NCBI GenBank assembly: GCA_046290225.1
Contig: JBKAGE010000035.1
Coordinates: forward strand, 192,001-256,000
Length of the DNA stretch: 64,000 nt
Direction: 5' to 3'
Source of the DNA: Bradymonadia bacterium
Lineage (GTDB): Bacteria > Myxococcota_A > Bradymonadia > UBA7976 > UBA1532
Shown in pieces: positions 1-10,486 of this stretch. Numbering within the stretch: position 1 is the first letter of the stretch; each line of letters begins with the position of its first letter. The notes below the pieces were generated by a model. It saw only the letters and a list, made by a program, of their open reading frames with translations. It did not search any database and was not told where the DNA came from. The position numbers and the translations under genes are program-made.

Positions 1-1
1 C

Positions 2-1684
2 GTGGGCATCCTCGCCAACATCGGCGACAACGTCACCGCCGGTACGAACTGCGCCTTCGGGAGCAAGGCTGAGGTGGGTGCCGGAAGCACCTTCGGCAAC
101 AACACCAGTGTGGGCACCCTCGCCATCGTCGGTGATGGCTCCAGCTTCGCTGATGGTGCCACCCTCGGGAACAACAGCCAGGTCGGCGCCAGCGCTGACC
201 TGCTCGCTGGTTCGAGCATTGGCAGCAACACCACCATCGGTCACACCCTCAGCCTCGGTGCTGGTGCCATCATCGAAGGCAACACCGAGATCGGCGACGA
301 GGCCATCATCGGTGCGAACGGCATCATCCGCAGCTACGTGACCATCGGGAACAGCCTCGCCATGGGTGCTGGCGCCGAGTTCGCTTCCGGTGCCACTGCC
401 GGTGACGACGCCACTGTCGGTGAAAACACCGAGATTCGTGGTGAAATCGGCAACAGCGTCACTCTTGAGGATCGCGTCTTCATCGGCAACCAGAGCTCTG
501 TGGGCGACAACGGCCACATGCACCACGACACCACGCTGGGCATCTTCGTCACGGTGGAGTCAGGCTGTACGATTCACGACGACTCTGCTCTCTACGACGG
601 CGTCACTCTCGGGGCCGACAGCACTGTGGGCGAGCGCTCCACCATCCTCTTCCGCAGCACCATCGGCGCACGGGCCAGCATTGGTGACGATGTGATTCTG
701 GACGAGCAGAACACTGTGGGCACCGACCTCGTGCTGGGGAACAACAGCCGCCTCTGGCCCCGAAGCACCTATGGCAACGACGTCACCATCGGCGCCAACG
801 TCCTCATTCGCGACAGCGCTGACGTGGGCGATGAGGTGACCATCGAAGACGACGTCATCATCTTCCCCGAGACCACCATCGGTCAGGAGACCACCATCCG
901 TCAGGGTGTGGAGCTGGGTGTGGCCGTGTGTGAGACCCAGGTCTGTGGTCAGGTCACCATCGGCGGCTGCCGTGACGTGGCGGCCAACATCGGCGCCGGT
1001 GGCAGTGATGCGGGCGCCTGCGAGACGGGTCTGCTCATCGACATCGACACGGGTGCACGTGAATGGGCAGACAACACCTACGCCACCAGCTGCAACGAGT
1101 ACCGCAACCCCTCACAAGGCCCCTACGCCTACGTGGACAACATCGGCGATGGCCTCTACACCATCGACCCCGACGGCCTCGGCGGCCTCGACCCCTTCAT
1201 CGTCACCTGCGACATGACCACCGACGGCGGTGGCTGGACCCGCATCGGCTACTCTGCTGATCTCGCCTTCACCCAGCACTTTGGTGGCGGTGACATTCGC
1301 CGTTGGCTGCCCAGCGACTTCTCTCTTGAGCTCTCCGATGCTGAAATCAACGCCATCCGCGCAGTGTCTTCCGAGGGCAAGCAGACCTACGTGGGCCAGT
1401 GCCGGGGCGTGCTCCACTACGACTACCAGAACGGCAACTACGCCTACGCTGTGGGCTTCGAGTTCCAGACGGGCGCCGTGACCAACAACAGCACCTCCAA
1501 CATCGGCAGCGGTGTCTCCGTCACCTCCGATGGTTGCGAGAACAACGACAACGTGAGCCGCACCACCGTCTTCGAGATCAACAACCTCGCGGTGCCCGTC
1601 ATCAACATCAGCACCCGCGACAACGGTGACAACGGTGAGCACTTCGGCAGCCCCCTCACCAGCAACCCCGCCTGGCTGCGCTGA
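2..1684 (+). CDS. 5'-truncated hexapeptide-repeat (left-handed beta-helix) protein with C-terminal fibrinogen-like domain (paralog 1)
   Basis: ORF is open at the window edge. Long [IV]GxxxxIG hexapeptide run, then DGLYTIDPDG...VTCDMTTDGGGWT fibrinogen-like motif. Nearly identical to the 3' part of the next gene. Confidence 0.85.
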   Translation: MGILANIGDNVTAGTNCAFGSKAEVGAGSTFGNNTSVGTLAIVGDGSSFADGATLGNNSQVGASADLLAGSSIGSNTTIGHTLSLGAGAIIEGNTEIGDEAIIGANGIIRSYVTIGNSLAMGAGAEFASGATAGDDATVGENTEIRGEIGNSVTLEDRVFIGNQSSVGDNGHMHHDTTLGIFVTVESGCTIHDDSALYDGVTLGADSTVGERSTILFRSTIGARASIGDDVILDEQNTVGTDLVLGNNSRLWPRSTYGNDVTIGANVLIRDSADVGDEVTIEDDVIIFPETTIGQETTIRQGVELGVAVCETQVCGQVTIGGCRDVAANIGAGGSDAGACETGLLIDIDTGAREWADNTYATSCNEYRNPSQGPYAYVDNIGDGLYTIDPDGLGGLDPFIVTCDMTTDGGGWTRIGYSADLAFTQHFGGGDIRRWLPSDFSLELSDAEINAIRAVSSEGKQTYVGQCRGVLHYDYQNGNYAYAVGFEFQTGAVTNNSTSNIGSGVSVTSDGCENNDNVSRTTVFEINNLAVPVINISTRDNGDNGEHFGSPLTSNPAWLR

Positions 1685-1767
1685 GACTCAGACCGCACCT
1701 GACCCATCCCAACAGAGGTGTGTTTAAGCGCCTCTTTCCTACCCACCCCTTTCAATCTGTCGCACCC

Positions 1768-1797
1768 ATCATTACACTGTGAGGGTCTTATCTACCC
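1768..1797 (+). promoter_or_regulatory. Conserved upstream motif (putative promoter) shared by paralogs 2 and 3
   Basis: ATCATTACACTGTGAGGGTCTTATCTACCC matches 4801-4830 at 29/30 although the rest of the two intergenic regions differ. Contains a TACACT -10-like hexamer. Confidence 0.6.
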
Positions 1798-1810
1798 TTC
1801 ATGAGGTTGT

Positions 1811-4717
1811 ATGATGGCTTTCAAATGGATTGTCATGGCGGGCGCGACGGCATGCCTCTGGACCGGTGTGGCCCAGGCACAGACCGCCACGAGCTGCTCC
1901 AGCATTCTGCGCAACGGTTTGAGCGTCGGTGACGGTGTGTACACCATCGACCCTGATGGGGTCGGCGGCCGAGATGCCTTCGACGTGTACTGCGACATGA
2001 CCACCAATGGTGGTGGCTGGGCCATGCTCTACAACAGCGTTGGTGATCCTGGCGGCCAGACCACGGCCTTCTGGAACATCCCCTTCGCCGAGCGCTTCGA
2101 CACCAAGGGCACTGCCGCTGAAGCCAGCAACTTCTACGCAGGCTCCCTGTACCTCTATGGCACCGAGTACCGAGACGAGATCACCGATCTCGGCAACACG
2201 ACTGTAGAGGCCTTCCAGGCCACGGTGCAGGGCTTCAACAGCAACACCATGAACTTCACGAGCCCCACCCGGGTCTCGGGGAACGACACCATCTACAGCT
2301 GCCAGTTTGCAGGCAGCTGGGCCTCCCCGGACTACCCCGCAGGAGGCAACTGCGCGACATCTTACTCCAACGTCTCTCAGCACTACTGCGGTTGCTGGCA
2401 CTACAGCCTGGGCTCCAACGCCGAAACCAACCGTTTTGACAGCGGTTGGGGGCCTCACCTCCAAACGAGCGTGGCGAGTACTCTGGGCCTGTCGAACGAC
2501 GGAACAGCCTACTCCCGAGTGAACCGCATCGTACGGTGGGCACGCTGGGATGATGGTCAGATCATCGTGCCCGACGCCGACGGTGATGGGGTGAACGACG
2601 ACGTCGACAACTGCCCCAACGCCGCCAACGCAGATCAGGCCGACGGCGACGCTGATGGTGTGGGTGATGTGTGTGACGCCTGCCCGGCAGACGCCACGAA
2701 CGATGCAGATGGCGACAGTGTCTGCCAGGACGTGGACAACTGCCCCACTGTCGCCAACGCTGATCAGGCAGACGACAACGGTGATGGCTACGGCGACGCC
2801 TGTGTGAGCCCGCTGGCGAACATCCCCGAGACCGCCACCCTGGGCAATGACATCGTCATTGGCCCCGATGCGGTCATCGGCACCTACGCACAAATCGGCG
2901 ATGGCGCCACGGTGAACGGCTCGGTGGGCAACAGCGCAGTGATCGGCGCCGGCTCGGTTGTGCCGGCAGGTGTGACCGTAGGCAATGGCGCTCGCCTGGG
3001 CGCCAATGTGGGTCTCTCTTCAGGTTGCTCTGTGGGCGTACTCGCACAGTTGGGCGACAACATCACCGCCGGTATGAACTGCGCCTTCGGGAGTAAGGCC
3101 GAGGTCGGCGCAGGCAGCACCTTCGGCAACAACACCAGCGTCGGTACTCTGGCCATCGTCGGTGATGGCTCCAGCTTCGCCGATGGCGCCACCCTCGGGA
3201 ACAACAGCCAGGTCGGCGCCAGCGCTGATCTCCTCGCCGGTTCGACCATCGGCAGCAACACGCGTGTGGGCCACACCCTCAGCCTCGGTGCTGGTGCCAT
3301 CATCGAAGGCAACACTGAGATCGGCGACGAGGCGATCATCGGGGCGGGTGGCATCGTGCGCAGCTACGTGACGATTGGGAACAGCCTGGCCATGGGTGCT
3401 GGTGCTGAGTTCGCAGCGGGGTCAAGTGCCGGTGATGACGCCACTGTGGGCGAGAACACTGAGATTCGTGGCGAAATCGGCAACAACGTGACTCTGGAAG
3501 ACCGGGTGTTCATCGGCAACCAGAGCTCTGTGGGCGACAACAGCCACATGCACCACGACACCACTCTCGGCATCTTTGTCACCGTGGGCTCTGGCGTCAC
3601 CATCCACGACGACAGCGCCCTCTTCGACGGGGTCACCCTCGGCGACGACAGCACCGTGGGCGAGCGCACCACGATTCTGTTCCGGAGCACCATCGGCGCC
3701 CGTGCCAGCATTGGCGACGACGTCATTCTCGACGAGCAGAACACTGTGGGCACCGACCTTGTGCTGGGCAACAACAGCCGTCTCTGGCCTCGGAGCACCT
3801 ACGGCAACAACGTCAACATCGGCGCCAACGTGCTGATTCGCGACACCGCCGACATCGGCAGCGACGTCACCATCGAGGACGACGTGATCATCTTCCCCGA
3901 GACCACCATCGGCGAAGAGACCATCATTCGTCAGGGCGTCGAGCTTGGCGTGGCTGTGTGTGAGACCCAGGTGTGTGGACAGGTCACCATCGGCGGTTGC
4001 CGTGACGTGGCGGGCAACATCGGCGCCGGCGGCAGCAACGATGGGTCGTGCGAGACGGGGCTCATCATCGACATCGACACGGGTGCACGTGAGTGGGCGG
4101 ACAACACCTACGCCACCAGCTGCAACGAATACCGCAACCCCTCGGTGGCGCCTTACACCTATGTCGACAACATCGGCGATGGCCTCTACACCATCGACCC
4201 CGACGGCCTCGGTGGCATCGACCCCTTCATCGTCACCTGCGACATGACCACCGACGGCGGTGGCTGGACCCGCATCGGCTACTCTGCTGATCTCGCATTT
4301 ACCCAGCACTTTGGAGGCAGTGACGCCCGCCGCTGGCTGCCCAGCGACTTCTCTCTCGAGCTCTCCGATGCTGAAATCAACGCCATCCGGGCTGTGTCGT
4401 CCGAGGGCAAGCAGACTTATGTGGGCCAATGCCGAGGCGTGCTCCACTACTTCCACACGAGCGGCAACAACTACGCCTATGCTGCAGGCTTCGAGTTCCA
4501 GGACGGCACCGTCACGCCCAACGCCACCGCCAACATCGGCAATGGTGTCACCGTCACCACTGACGACTGCCGTCTCAACGACAACGTCAACCGCACCACC
4601 GTCTTCGAGATCGACAACCTCGCGGTGCCCGTCGTGAACATCAACACTCGCGACAACGGCAACAGCGGTGAGCACTTCGGCAGCCCCCTCACCAGCAACC
4701 CCGCCTGGATGCGCTGA
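1811..4717 (+). CDS. Secreted protein: fibrinogen-like domain + TSP3-type Ca-binding repeats + hexapeptide beta-helix stalk + C-terminal fibrinogen-like domain (paralog 2)
   Basis: Signal peptide ending AQA. DGVYTIDPDG..VYCDMTTNGGGW motif, DADGDGVNDDVDNC repeats, about 400 aa of hexapeptide repeats, and a second CDMTTDGGGW motif. Confidence 0.88.
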   Translation: MMAFKWIVMAGATACLWTGVAQAQTATSCSSILRNGLSVGDGVYTIDPDGVGGRDAFDVYCDMTTNGGGWAMLYNSVGDPGGQTTAFWNIPFAERFDTKGTAAEASNFYAGSLYLYGTEYRDEITDLGNTTVEAFQATVQGFNSNTMNFTSPTRVSGNDTIYSCQFAGSWASPDYPAGGNCATSYSNVSQHYCGCWHYSLGSNAETNRFDSGWGPHLQTSVASTLGLSNDGTAYSRVNRIVRWARWDDGQIIVPDADGDGVNDDVDNCPNAANADQADGDADGVGDVCDACPADATNDADGDSVCQDVDNCPTVANADQADDNGDGYGDACVSPLANIPETATLGNDIVIGPDAVIGTYAQIGDGATVNGSVGNSAVIGAGSVVPAGVTVGNGARLGANVGLSSGCSVGVLAQLGDNITAGMNCAFGSKAEVGAGSTFGNNTSVGTLAIVGDGSSFADGATLGNNSQVGASADLLAGSTIGSNTRVGHTLSLGAGAIIEGNTEIGDEAIIGAGGIVRSYVTIGNSLAMGAGAEFAAGSSAGDDATVGENTEIRGEIGNNVTLEDRVFIGNQSSVGDNSHMHHDTTLGIFVTVGSGVTIHDDSALFDGVTLGDDSTVGERTTILFRSTIGARASIGDDVILDEQNTVGTDLVLGNNSRLWPRSTYGNNVNIGANVLIRDTADIGSDVTIEDDVIIFPETTIGEETIIRQGVELGVAVCETQVCGQVTIGGCRDVAGNIGAGGSNDGSCETGLIIDIDTGAREWADNTYATSCNEYRNPSVAPYTYVDNIGDGLYTIDPDGLGGIDPFIVTCDMTTDGGGWTRIGYSADLAFTQHFGGSDARRWLPSDFSLELSDAEINAIRAVSSEGKQTYVGQCRGVLHYFHTSGNNYAYAAGFEFQDGTVTPNATANIGNGVTVTTDDCRLNDNVNRTTVFEIDNLAVPVVNINTRDNGNSGEHFGSPLTSNPAWMR

Positions 4718-4800
4718 GCGCCCCTCACCTGCCATGGTTCTGGGGTTTGATTAAATCCCCACACGCTCTCCCGCCTCACACCTTCCCATCGAGCCTACCT

Positions 4801-4830
4801 ATCATTACACTGTAAGGGTCTTATCTACCC
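4801..4830 (+). promoter_or_regulatory. Second copy of the conserved upstream motif
   Basis: ATCATTACACTGTAAGGGTCTTATCTACCC, 11 nt before the predicted start and followed by a GGAG Shine-Dalgarno. Confidence 0.6.
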
Positions 4831-4841
4831 CTACGGAGACT

Positions 4842-7800
4842 GTGATGGGGATCAAACTGATCATGTGTGCAAGCGCAGCCACCATGTTGTACGTGGGCAT
4901 GGCTCAAGCGCAGACGCCGACGAGCTGCTCGAGCATTGTGAACAATGGGCTGAGCAACGGCGACGGTGTGTACACCATCGACCCCGACGGGGCCGGCGGC
5001 AACGCGGCCTTCGATGTGTATTGCGACATGACCACCGACGGCGGTGGCTGGGCCATGCTCTACAACAGCGTTGGTGATCCAGGTGGCCAGACCACGGCCT
5101 TCTGGCAGTTCCCATACGCAGAGCGCCTCAATGTGAAGGGCACCCCCAACCTCTCGAGCAACTTCTATGCAGGCTCTCTCTACATTTATGGAACAGAGTA
5201 TCGGGAGACTTTCACCGACATCGCTGGCACCACCGCCGAGGCCTACCGAGCGACGGCGACGGGCTTCAACACCACCAACATGCGGTTCACCAACCCCACT
5301 CTCCTGACAGGCACTGACAATGGCTATGCCTGCCAGTTCGCCTCTGGGTGGTCTTCGACGAACTATGACGGTGATACCAATGGTGGCAACTGTGCATCAT
5401 CATATTCGAGTGTGACTCAGCACTATTGTTCGTGCTGGACCTACAATCTCGGATCTGATGCCGACGCAGATCGCTTCGATGGTGGCTGGGGGCCCCATAT
5501 CTTCGGCAGCCGCCTCGATCCGCTCGGGCTCGTAAGCGACGGCACTCGATACAGCCGCCTGGGCGCTGTCACACGGTGGGTGCGTTGGGACGACGGCCAG
5601 GTCATCGTGCTCGACGCCGATGGTGATGGGGTGGTCGACAACGACGACAACTGCATCAATGACGCGAACGCTGATCAGACTGATGGCGATGGGGATGGTC
5701 AGGGGGACGTCTGCGACGCCTGCCCCTCGGACGCCACCAATGATGCCGATGGTGATGGCGTATGTCAGGACGTGGACAACTGCCCCACGGTGAGCAACGC
5801 CAACCAGGCAGACGACAACGGTGATGGCTACGGCGACGCCTGTGTGAGCCCGCTGGCGAACATCCCCGAGACCGCCACCCTGGGCAATGACATTGTCATT
5901 GGCCCTGATGCGGTCATCGGGCCTTACAGCCAGATCGGCGATGGCGCCACGGTGAACGGCTCAGTGGGCAGCAGCGTGGTCATCGGCGCGGGCTCGGTGG
6001 TCCCTGCGGGCGCCTCGGTGGAAAACGCCGCGCGTCTGGGTGCCAATGTCGGGCTCGGCACCGGCTGCACGGTGGGCGTGCTCGCTCAGATCGGCGACAA
6101 CGTCACCGCAGGGGCAAACTGCGTATTCGGGAGCAAGGCCAATGTAGGGGCCAACTCCAGCTTCGGCGCCAACACCAGCGTGGGTGCGCTCGCTCAGATC
6201 GGTGAAAGCACGAGCTTTGCCGATGGGGCCAGTCTGGGGAGCAACAGCATCTTGGGCGCCAGCGCCGATCTGCTCGCCGGTTCGAGCATCGGTAGCAACA
6301 CGCGTGTGGGCCACACCCTCAGCCTCGGTGCTGGTGGCCTCATCGAGAGCAACACGGTGATCGGCGACGAGGCGATCATCGGGGCAGGTGGGATCGTGCG
6401 GAGCTACGTGACGATCGGCAACAGCCTGGCCATGGGTACTGGTGCTGAGTTCGCAGCGGGGTCAAGTGCCGGTGATGACGCCACAGTGGGCGAAAACACT
6501 GAAATTCGTGGTGAAATCGGCAACAACGTGACTCTGGAAGACCGGGTGTTCATCGGCAACCAGAGCTCTGTGGGCGACAACAGCCACATGCACCACGACA
6601 CCACCCTCGGCATCTTCGTCACCGTGGGCTCTGGCGTCACCATCCACGACGACAGCGCCCTCTTCGACGGTGTCAGCCTCGGCGACGACAGCACCGTGGG
6701 TGAGCGCTCCATCATTCTGTTCCGTAGCACCATCGGCGCCCGTGCCAGCATCGGCGACGACACCATCATCGACGAAGCCAACACCATCGGCGACGACCTC
6801 ACCCTGGGCAGTAACAGCCGCATCTGGCCCCGGGGCACCTTCGGCCACACCGTCACCATGGGTGCCAATGTGCTGGTGCGCGACACCGCAACCATCGGGG
6901 ATGAAGTCACCCTCGAAGACGATGTGGTGTTGTTCCCCTCAACCACCGTGGGCGACGAGACCATCATCCGTCAGGGTGTCGGCCTCGGCGTAGCCAACTG
7001 CCCCACCCAGCGGTGTGGTCAGGTCACCATCGGCGGCTGTCTCGACGTGGCCACCGACGTCGATCCTCTGGGCACTGTGGACGGCCAGTGTGCTGGTGGC
7101 GACAGCCCTGAGAACCCCGGCGCCACCTGCTACAGCATCTTGCAACAAGATCCCGACGCTGAAGACGGCTTCTACTGGATCGATCCCAACGGCCGGGGGG
7201 TCGAGGACGCGTTCCAGGTAGAGTGCGACATGACCACTGACGGTGGCGGCTGGACGATCCTGCCCCACGATGCCATGGGCGTGCTCACCAATGATGACTC
7301 TGCGGGCTGGCCCAATGAGCTGGTCCGTCGCTACGACTACGGCATCCCCAACGACCAGTTCGAAGCCCTGGTGAACAACGCCCTCGAAGACCGGCAAAAC
7401 TTCTACAAAGAATGCCGCGACTCGCTGATCAACCAGGAGTACGGCGGCCAGCACAGCCGCTATGAGACCCTGAACGGGCAACTCTTCGACTCCACCATCG
7501 CTTACTTCGGCGGCGCTCAGACCGCATGTGATCTCAACGATCCGGTGGATCGTGTGGTGGACTACACCTTCGACAGCACTGAGAACATTCCGATCCTGGC
7601 TCTCTTCGGTGGGGACTCCGACGCTGGCGTCGAGATCTCGCGCTACCGCCTCGGCGCCTACCTGTCTCGTGGGCCGGGCAACCCGCCGCTCGGTGCTCTG
7701 GGCGTCGATCCGCTCAACCCCGCCGACAGCTGCCTGCACCTGCTCAACGAAGCCCCCACCACCGAGAGCGGCACGTACTGGATCGATCCCAACCTGGGCA

Positions 7801-8282
7801 GCGTGAGCGACGCGTTCCAGGTGGAATGCGACATGACCACCGACGGTGGTGGCTGGACCATCGTGGAGCACGACGCCATGGGCGTGCTGACCCCCGACGA
7901 CAACGTGGGCAACCCGGACCAGCTGGTCCGAGCCTACGATTACGGCACCTCGGACGCCCAGCTGGCAGCGCTCTCTGCAGCAGCCACGGTGAGGCGGCAG
8001 GACTTCTACAAAGAGTGCCGTGGTGCACTGATCAACATCGAGGTGCCCGGGGCCACACAGTACAACCGTTATGAGACACCCAATGGGCAGTTCTTCAACT
8101 CCACCATCGCCTACTTCGGCGGTGCCCTCACCGCCTGCGACAACAACGATGCTGTCGATCGCGTGGTGGACTACACCTTCGAGAACACCGAGAACATCCC
8201 CATCGTGGGCCTCTACGGCGGCGACTCGGATCACGGGTCGGAGATCGCCCGTTACCGCCTCGGCGCCTTCATCGTCCGCTGA
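4842..8282 (+). CDS. Secreted fibrinogen-like/TSP3/hexapeptide beta-helix protein with two tandem C-terminal fibrinogen-like heads (paralog 3)
   Basis: Same N-terminal and stalk architecture as paralog 2. The C-terminus has two mutually similar YWIDP...VECDMTTDGGGWT domains that differ from the heads of paralogs 1 and 2. Confidence 0.88.
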   Translation: MMGIKLIMCASAATMLYVGMAQAQTPTSCSSIVNNGLSNGDGVYTIDPDGAGGNAAFDVYCDMTTDGGGWAMLYNSVGDPGGQTTAFWQFPYAERLNVKGTPNLSSNFYAGSLYIYGTEYRETFTDIAGTTAEAYRATATGFNTTNMRFTNPTLLTGTDNGYACQFASGWSSTNYDGDTNGGNCASSYSSVTQHYCSCWTYNLGSDADADRFDGGWGPHIFGSRLDPLGLVSDGTRYSRLGAVTRWVRWDDGQVIVLDADGDGVVDNDDNCINDANADQTDGDGDGQGDVCDACPSDATNDADGDGVCQDVDNCPTVSNANQADDNGDGYGDACVSPLANIPETATLGNDIVIGPDAVIGPYSQIGDGATVNGSVGSSVVIGAGSVVPAGASVENAARLGANVGLGTGCTVGVLAQIGDNVTAGANCVFGSKANVGANSSFGANTSVGALAQIGESTSFADGASLGSNSILGASADLLAGSSIGSNTRVGHTLSLGAGGLIESNTVIGDEAIIGAGGIVRSYVTIGNSLAMGTGAEFAAGSSAGDDATVGENTEIRGEIGNNVTLEDRVFIGNQSSVGDNSHMHHDTTLGIFVTVGSGVTIHDDSALFDGVSLGDDSTVGERSIILFRSTIGARASIGDDTIIDEANTIGDDLTLGSNSRIWPRGTFGHTVTMGANVLVRDTATIGDEVTLEDDVVLFPSTTVGDETIIRQGVGLGVANCPTQRCGQVTIGGCLDVATDVDPLGTVDGQCAGGDSPENPGATCYSILQQDPDAEDGFYWIDPNGRGVEDAFQVECDMTTDGGGWTILPHDAMGVLTNDDSAGWPNELVRRYDYGIPNDQFEALVNNALEDRQNFYKECRDSLINQEYGGQHSRYETLNGQLFDSTIAYFGGAQTACDLNDPVDRVVDYTFDSTENIPILALFGGDSDAGVEISRYRLGAYLSRGPGNPPLGALGVDPLNPADSCLHLLNEAPTTESGTYWIDPNLGSVSDAFQVECDMTTDGGGWTIVEHDAMGVLTPDDNVGNPDQLVRAYDYGTSDAQLAALSAAATVRRQDFYKECRGALINIEVPGATQYNRYETPNGQFFNSTIAYFGGALTACDNNDAVDRVVDYTFENTENIPIVGLYGGDSDHGSEIARYRLGAFIVR

Positions 8283-8344
8283 GTGAGGGCGAGGCCCGTC
8301 GAGGCCTTCGCTTTCATGTCACCCCGCGCTAGAGTCCAGTCACC

Positions 8345-10486
8345 ATGCGGACTCACCCCATCTTCAATCTGCCCATTGATGTCTCTGTAGAAGACGCCGT
8401 CGAGGCCGCCTGCGCCGAAGACATCACCTTCATCGAACGCCGCCTGCGCCGCCGGGACAGCGTATTGGTGGAGTGCGACAAAGAGCTGGCGCTGTATCTG
8501 TACCTGTCGGTGCGTCAGCGCATGCGCAAGGACAAGAGCGCGCCGAAGCTGGTGCTCATCGACGGCCGCCCCAAGTCCGAAGAGGACGAGCTGCGAGGCA
8601 ACCTGGCCAACATGATGGTGCACCTCACCAACGCCATCCGAGGCAGCGTCGATCGCCGAGTGCTGGTGATGCCCCACCTCGACGTGCTCACCACCACGCA
8701 CACCGGGTTGACCATGGAAGCCCGGGAGGTGATCCCGCTGCTCTACGAGAACCCCGAGACTCAGATCCTGGCCTTTCGGGATCCGAGCTTCGACATCCCC
8801 AAGGTGATCGAGGGGGTCTTCGATGTGCGCCGCGAGGTGGTGGGGATCCCCCGTGAGGCCCTGCCCCGCATCGTGACCCAGCGCGAGGCGAAGGCCCTCG
8901 ACGCTGATCGTTTCGACCCCTTCGCGCTCTACACGTATCTCTCGGGGCAGAACCCCGTGCGCTGTCGCAAGCTGCTGGCCCCCCTCGCTGATCGCCGCGA
9001 GGCCATGCCCGGTCACGGCAAGCGGGCGGCGCGGGCGGTATATCGCACGATCAGAGAGGCCACCGCCGAGGCTGGGGAGGACATGGCCCTGCCCGACGTC
9101 GATCTGCACGCCGACGTCGGTGGCTACGACGAGGTGAAGGCCCGCCTCTCGGAAGATCTCATCGGCCTGGTGCACCGCCGTGACGCCCTCACGGAGCCTG
9201 CGGACATCCAGGCCCTGGAGAAGCTGCTCCCTCGAGGGATCATCTTTCACGGCCCTCCAGGCACCGGAAAAACCCACTTCGCCAAAGCCCTGGCCACAGC
9301 CCTCGACGCCACGGCCATCATCGTGAGCGGCCCCGAGCTCAAGAGCCAGTGGGTGGGGGCCAGCGAGGCCAACCTGCGCCGGGTGTTCCGCCGGGCCCGG
9401 GCGAGCGCCCCGGCCATCGTAGTCTTCGACGAGATCGACGCTTTCGCCCACGCCCGAGGCACCTACTCGGGCTCGGGCGTAGAGCACTCCATGGTGAATC
9501 AGCTGCTCACCGAGATGGACGGCTTCCGCAAGAACGAGATGGTCTTCGTCGTGGGCACCACGAACTTCCTGTCTTCACTCGACGGGGCCCTGCTCCGGCC
9601 CGGCCGTTTCGAGTTCCTCATCGAGATCCCCGCCCCCGATCCCCACGATCGCGCGGCCATCGTGTCGATCTACGATCAGAAGCTGAGTTTGGGCCTGAGC
9701 GACACCCAACGGGCTCATATCGTACGCCGCACCGAGGGGTATGCCGACCGGCAACAGGGGATCCCATTCACTGGGGATCACATCTACGCGGTGTGCCGCG
9801 CCCTCAAACGCCAGCAGCTGCGCACCGGGGCTCAGGCGGTGACGATGGAAGACATCGATCAGGCCCTCGAGCGTCGCACGCGGCGGCCTCTCACCCTCGG
9901 GGCCGCCGAGGAGCGTACGGTGGCGGTACACGAGGCTGGTCATGCGTTGCTGTCGATGCTCATCGAAGGCGCCACCCCACCAGAGCGCATCAGCATCACC
10001 CCCGACGCTCAGGGTGCGCTGGGGTACGTGCTGCAAGCGGCGAGGGCTCGCCCTTACACCATGACCGCCGACGACATGCGGGCGGAGATCTGCGTGGGCC
10101 TCGGCGGCAGAGCCGCGGAGCAGATCGTCAACGGCGCCGCGAGCATCGGGGCGTATGCTGATCTCAAACAGGCCACGGAGATCGCCCGGGCCATGGTGGA
10201 AGATTACGGCATGTCCCCTTTGGGCCCCATGGCCCGCCCCGAGCCGAGTCCACGACAGCCTGATCCACACAGCGAGTGGCGCCGCCGGCAGATCGACGAG
10301 GCCATCGCCGCGATCCTCGACGCCGAGGCAGAGCGGGCCGAGCAGGTGCTCCGCGCGCACCTGCCCCTGCACACGGCGCTGGTGGATCGACTGCTGGCGG
10401 AGAAGGTCATCGAAGGCGGCACGTTGTCGACCTTCGTGCAGATCAAGATCGACCCGAACGAGGTCGAGGGAGAGACCGATGGCTGA
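8345..10486 (+). CDS. Soluble FtsH-like AAA+ ATPase / M41 metallopeptidase (FtsH ternary-system type)
   Basis: Walker A GPPGTGKT, Walker B IVVFDEID, SRH LLRPGRF and M41 zinc motif HEAGH. No N-terminal transmembrane helices. Confidence 0.85.
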   Translation: MRTHPIFNLPIDVSVEDAVEAACAEDITFIERRLRRRDSVLVECDKELALYLYLSVRQRMRKDKSAPKLVLIDGRPKSEEDELRGNLANMMVHLTNAIRGSVDRRVLVMPHLDVLTTTHTGLTMEAREVIPLLYENPETQILAFRDPSFDIPKVIEGVFDVRREVVGIPREALPRIVTQREAKALDADRFDPFALYTYLSGQNPVRCRKLLAPLADRREAMPGHGKRAARAVYRTIREATAEAGEDMALPDVDLHADVGGYDEVKARLSEDLIGLVHRRDALTEPADIQALEKLLPRGIIFHGPPGTGKTHFAKALATALDATAIIVSGPELKSQWVGASEANLRRVFRRARASAPAIVVFDEIDAFAHARGTYSGSGVEHSMVNQLLTEMDGFRKNEMVFVVGTTNFLSSLDGALLRPGRFEFLIEIPAPDPHDRAAIVSIYDQKLSLGLSDTQRAHIVRRTEGYADRQQGIPFTGDHIYAVCRALKRQQLRTGAQAVTMEDIDQALERRTRRPLTLGAAEERTVAVHEAGHALLSMLIEGATPPERISITPDAQGALGYVLQAARARPYTMTADDMRAEICVGLGGRAAEQIVNGAASIGAYADLKQATEIARAMVEDYGMSPLGPMARPEPSPRQPDPHSEWRRRQIDEAIAAILDAEAERAEQVLRAHLPLHTALVDRLLAEKVIEGGTLSTFVQIKIDPNEVEGETDG

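Noticed and set aside
2..8282. Hexapeptide proteins as LpxA/LpxD/GlmU-type acyltransferases
   Set aside because: They have signal peptides, Cys-rich extracellular domains and a far longer repeat region.
8345..10486. Housekeeping ftsH
   Set aside because: It lacks the N-terminal TM/periplasmic region and has an atypical operon context.
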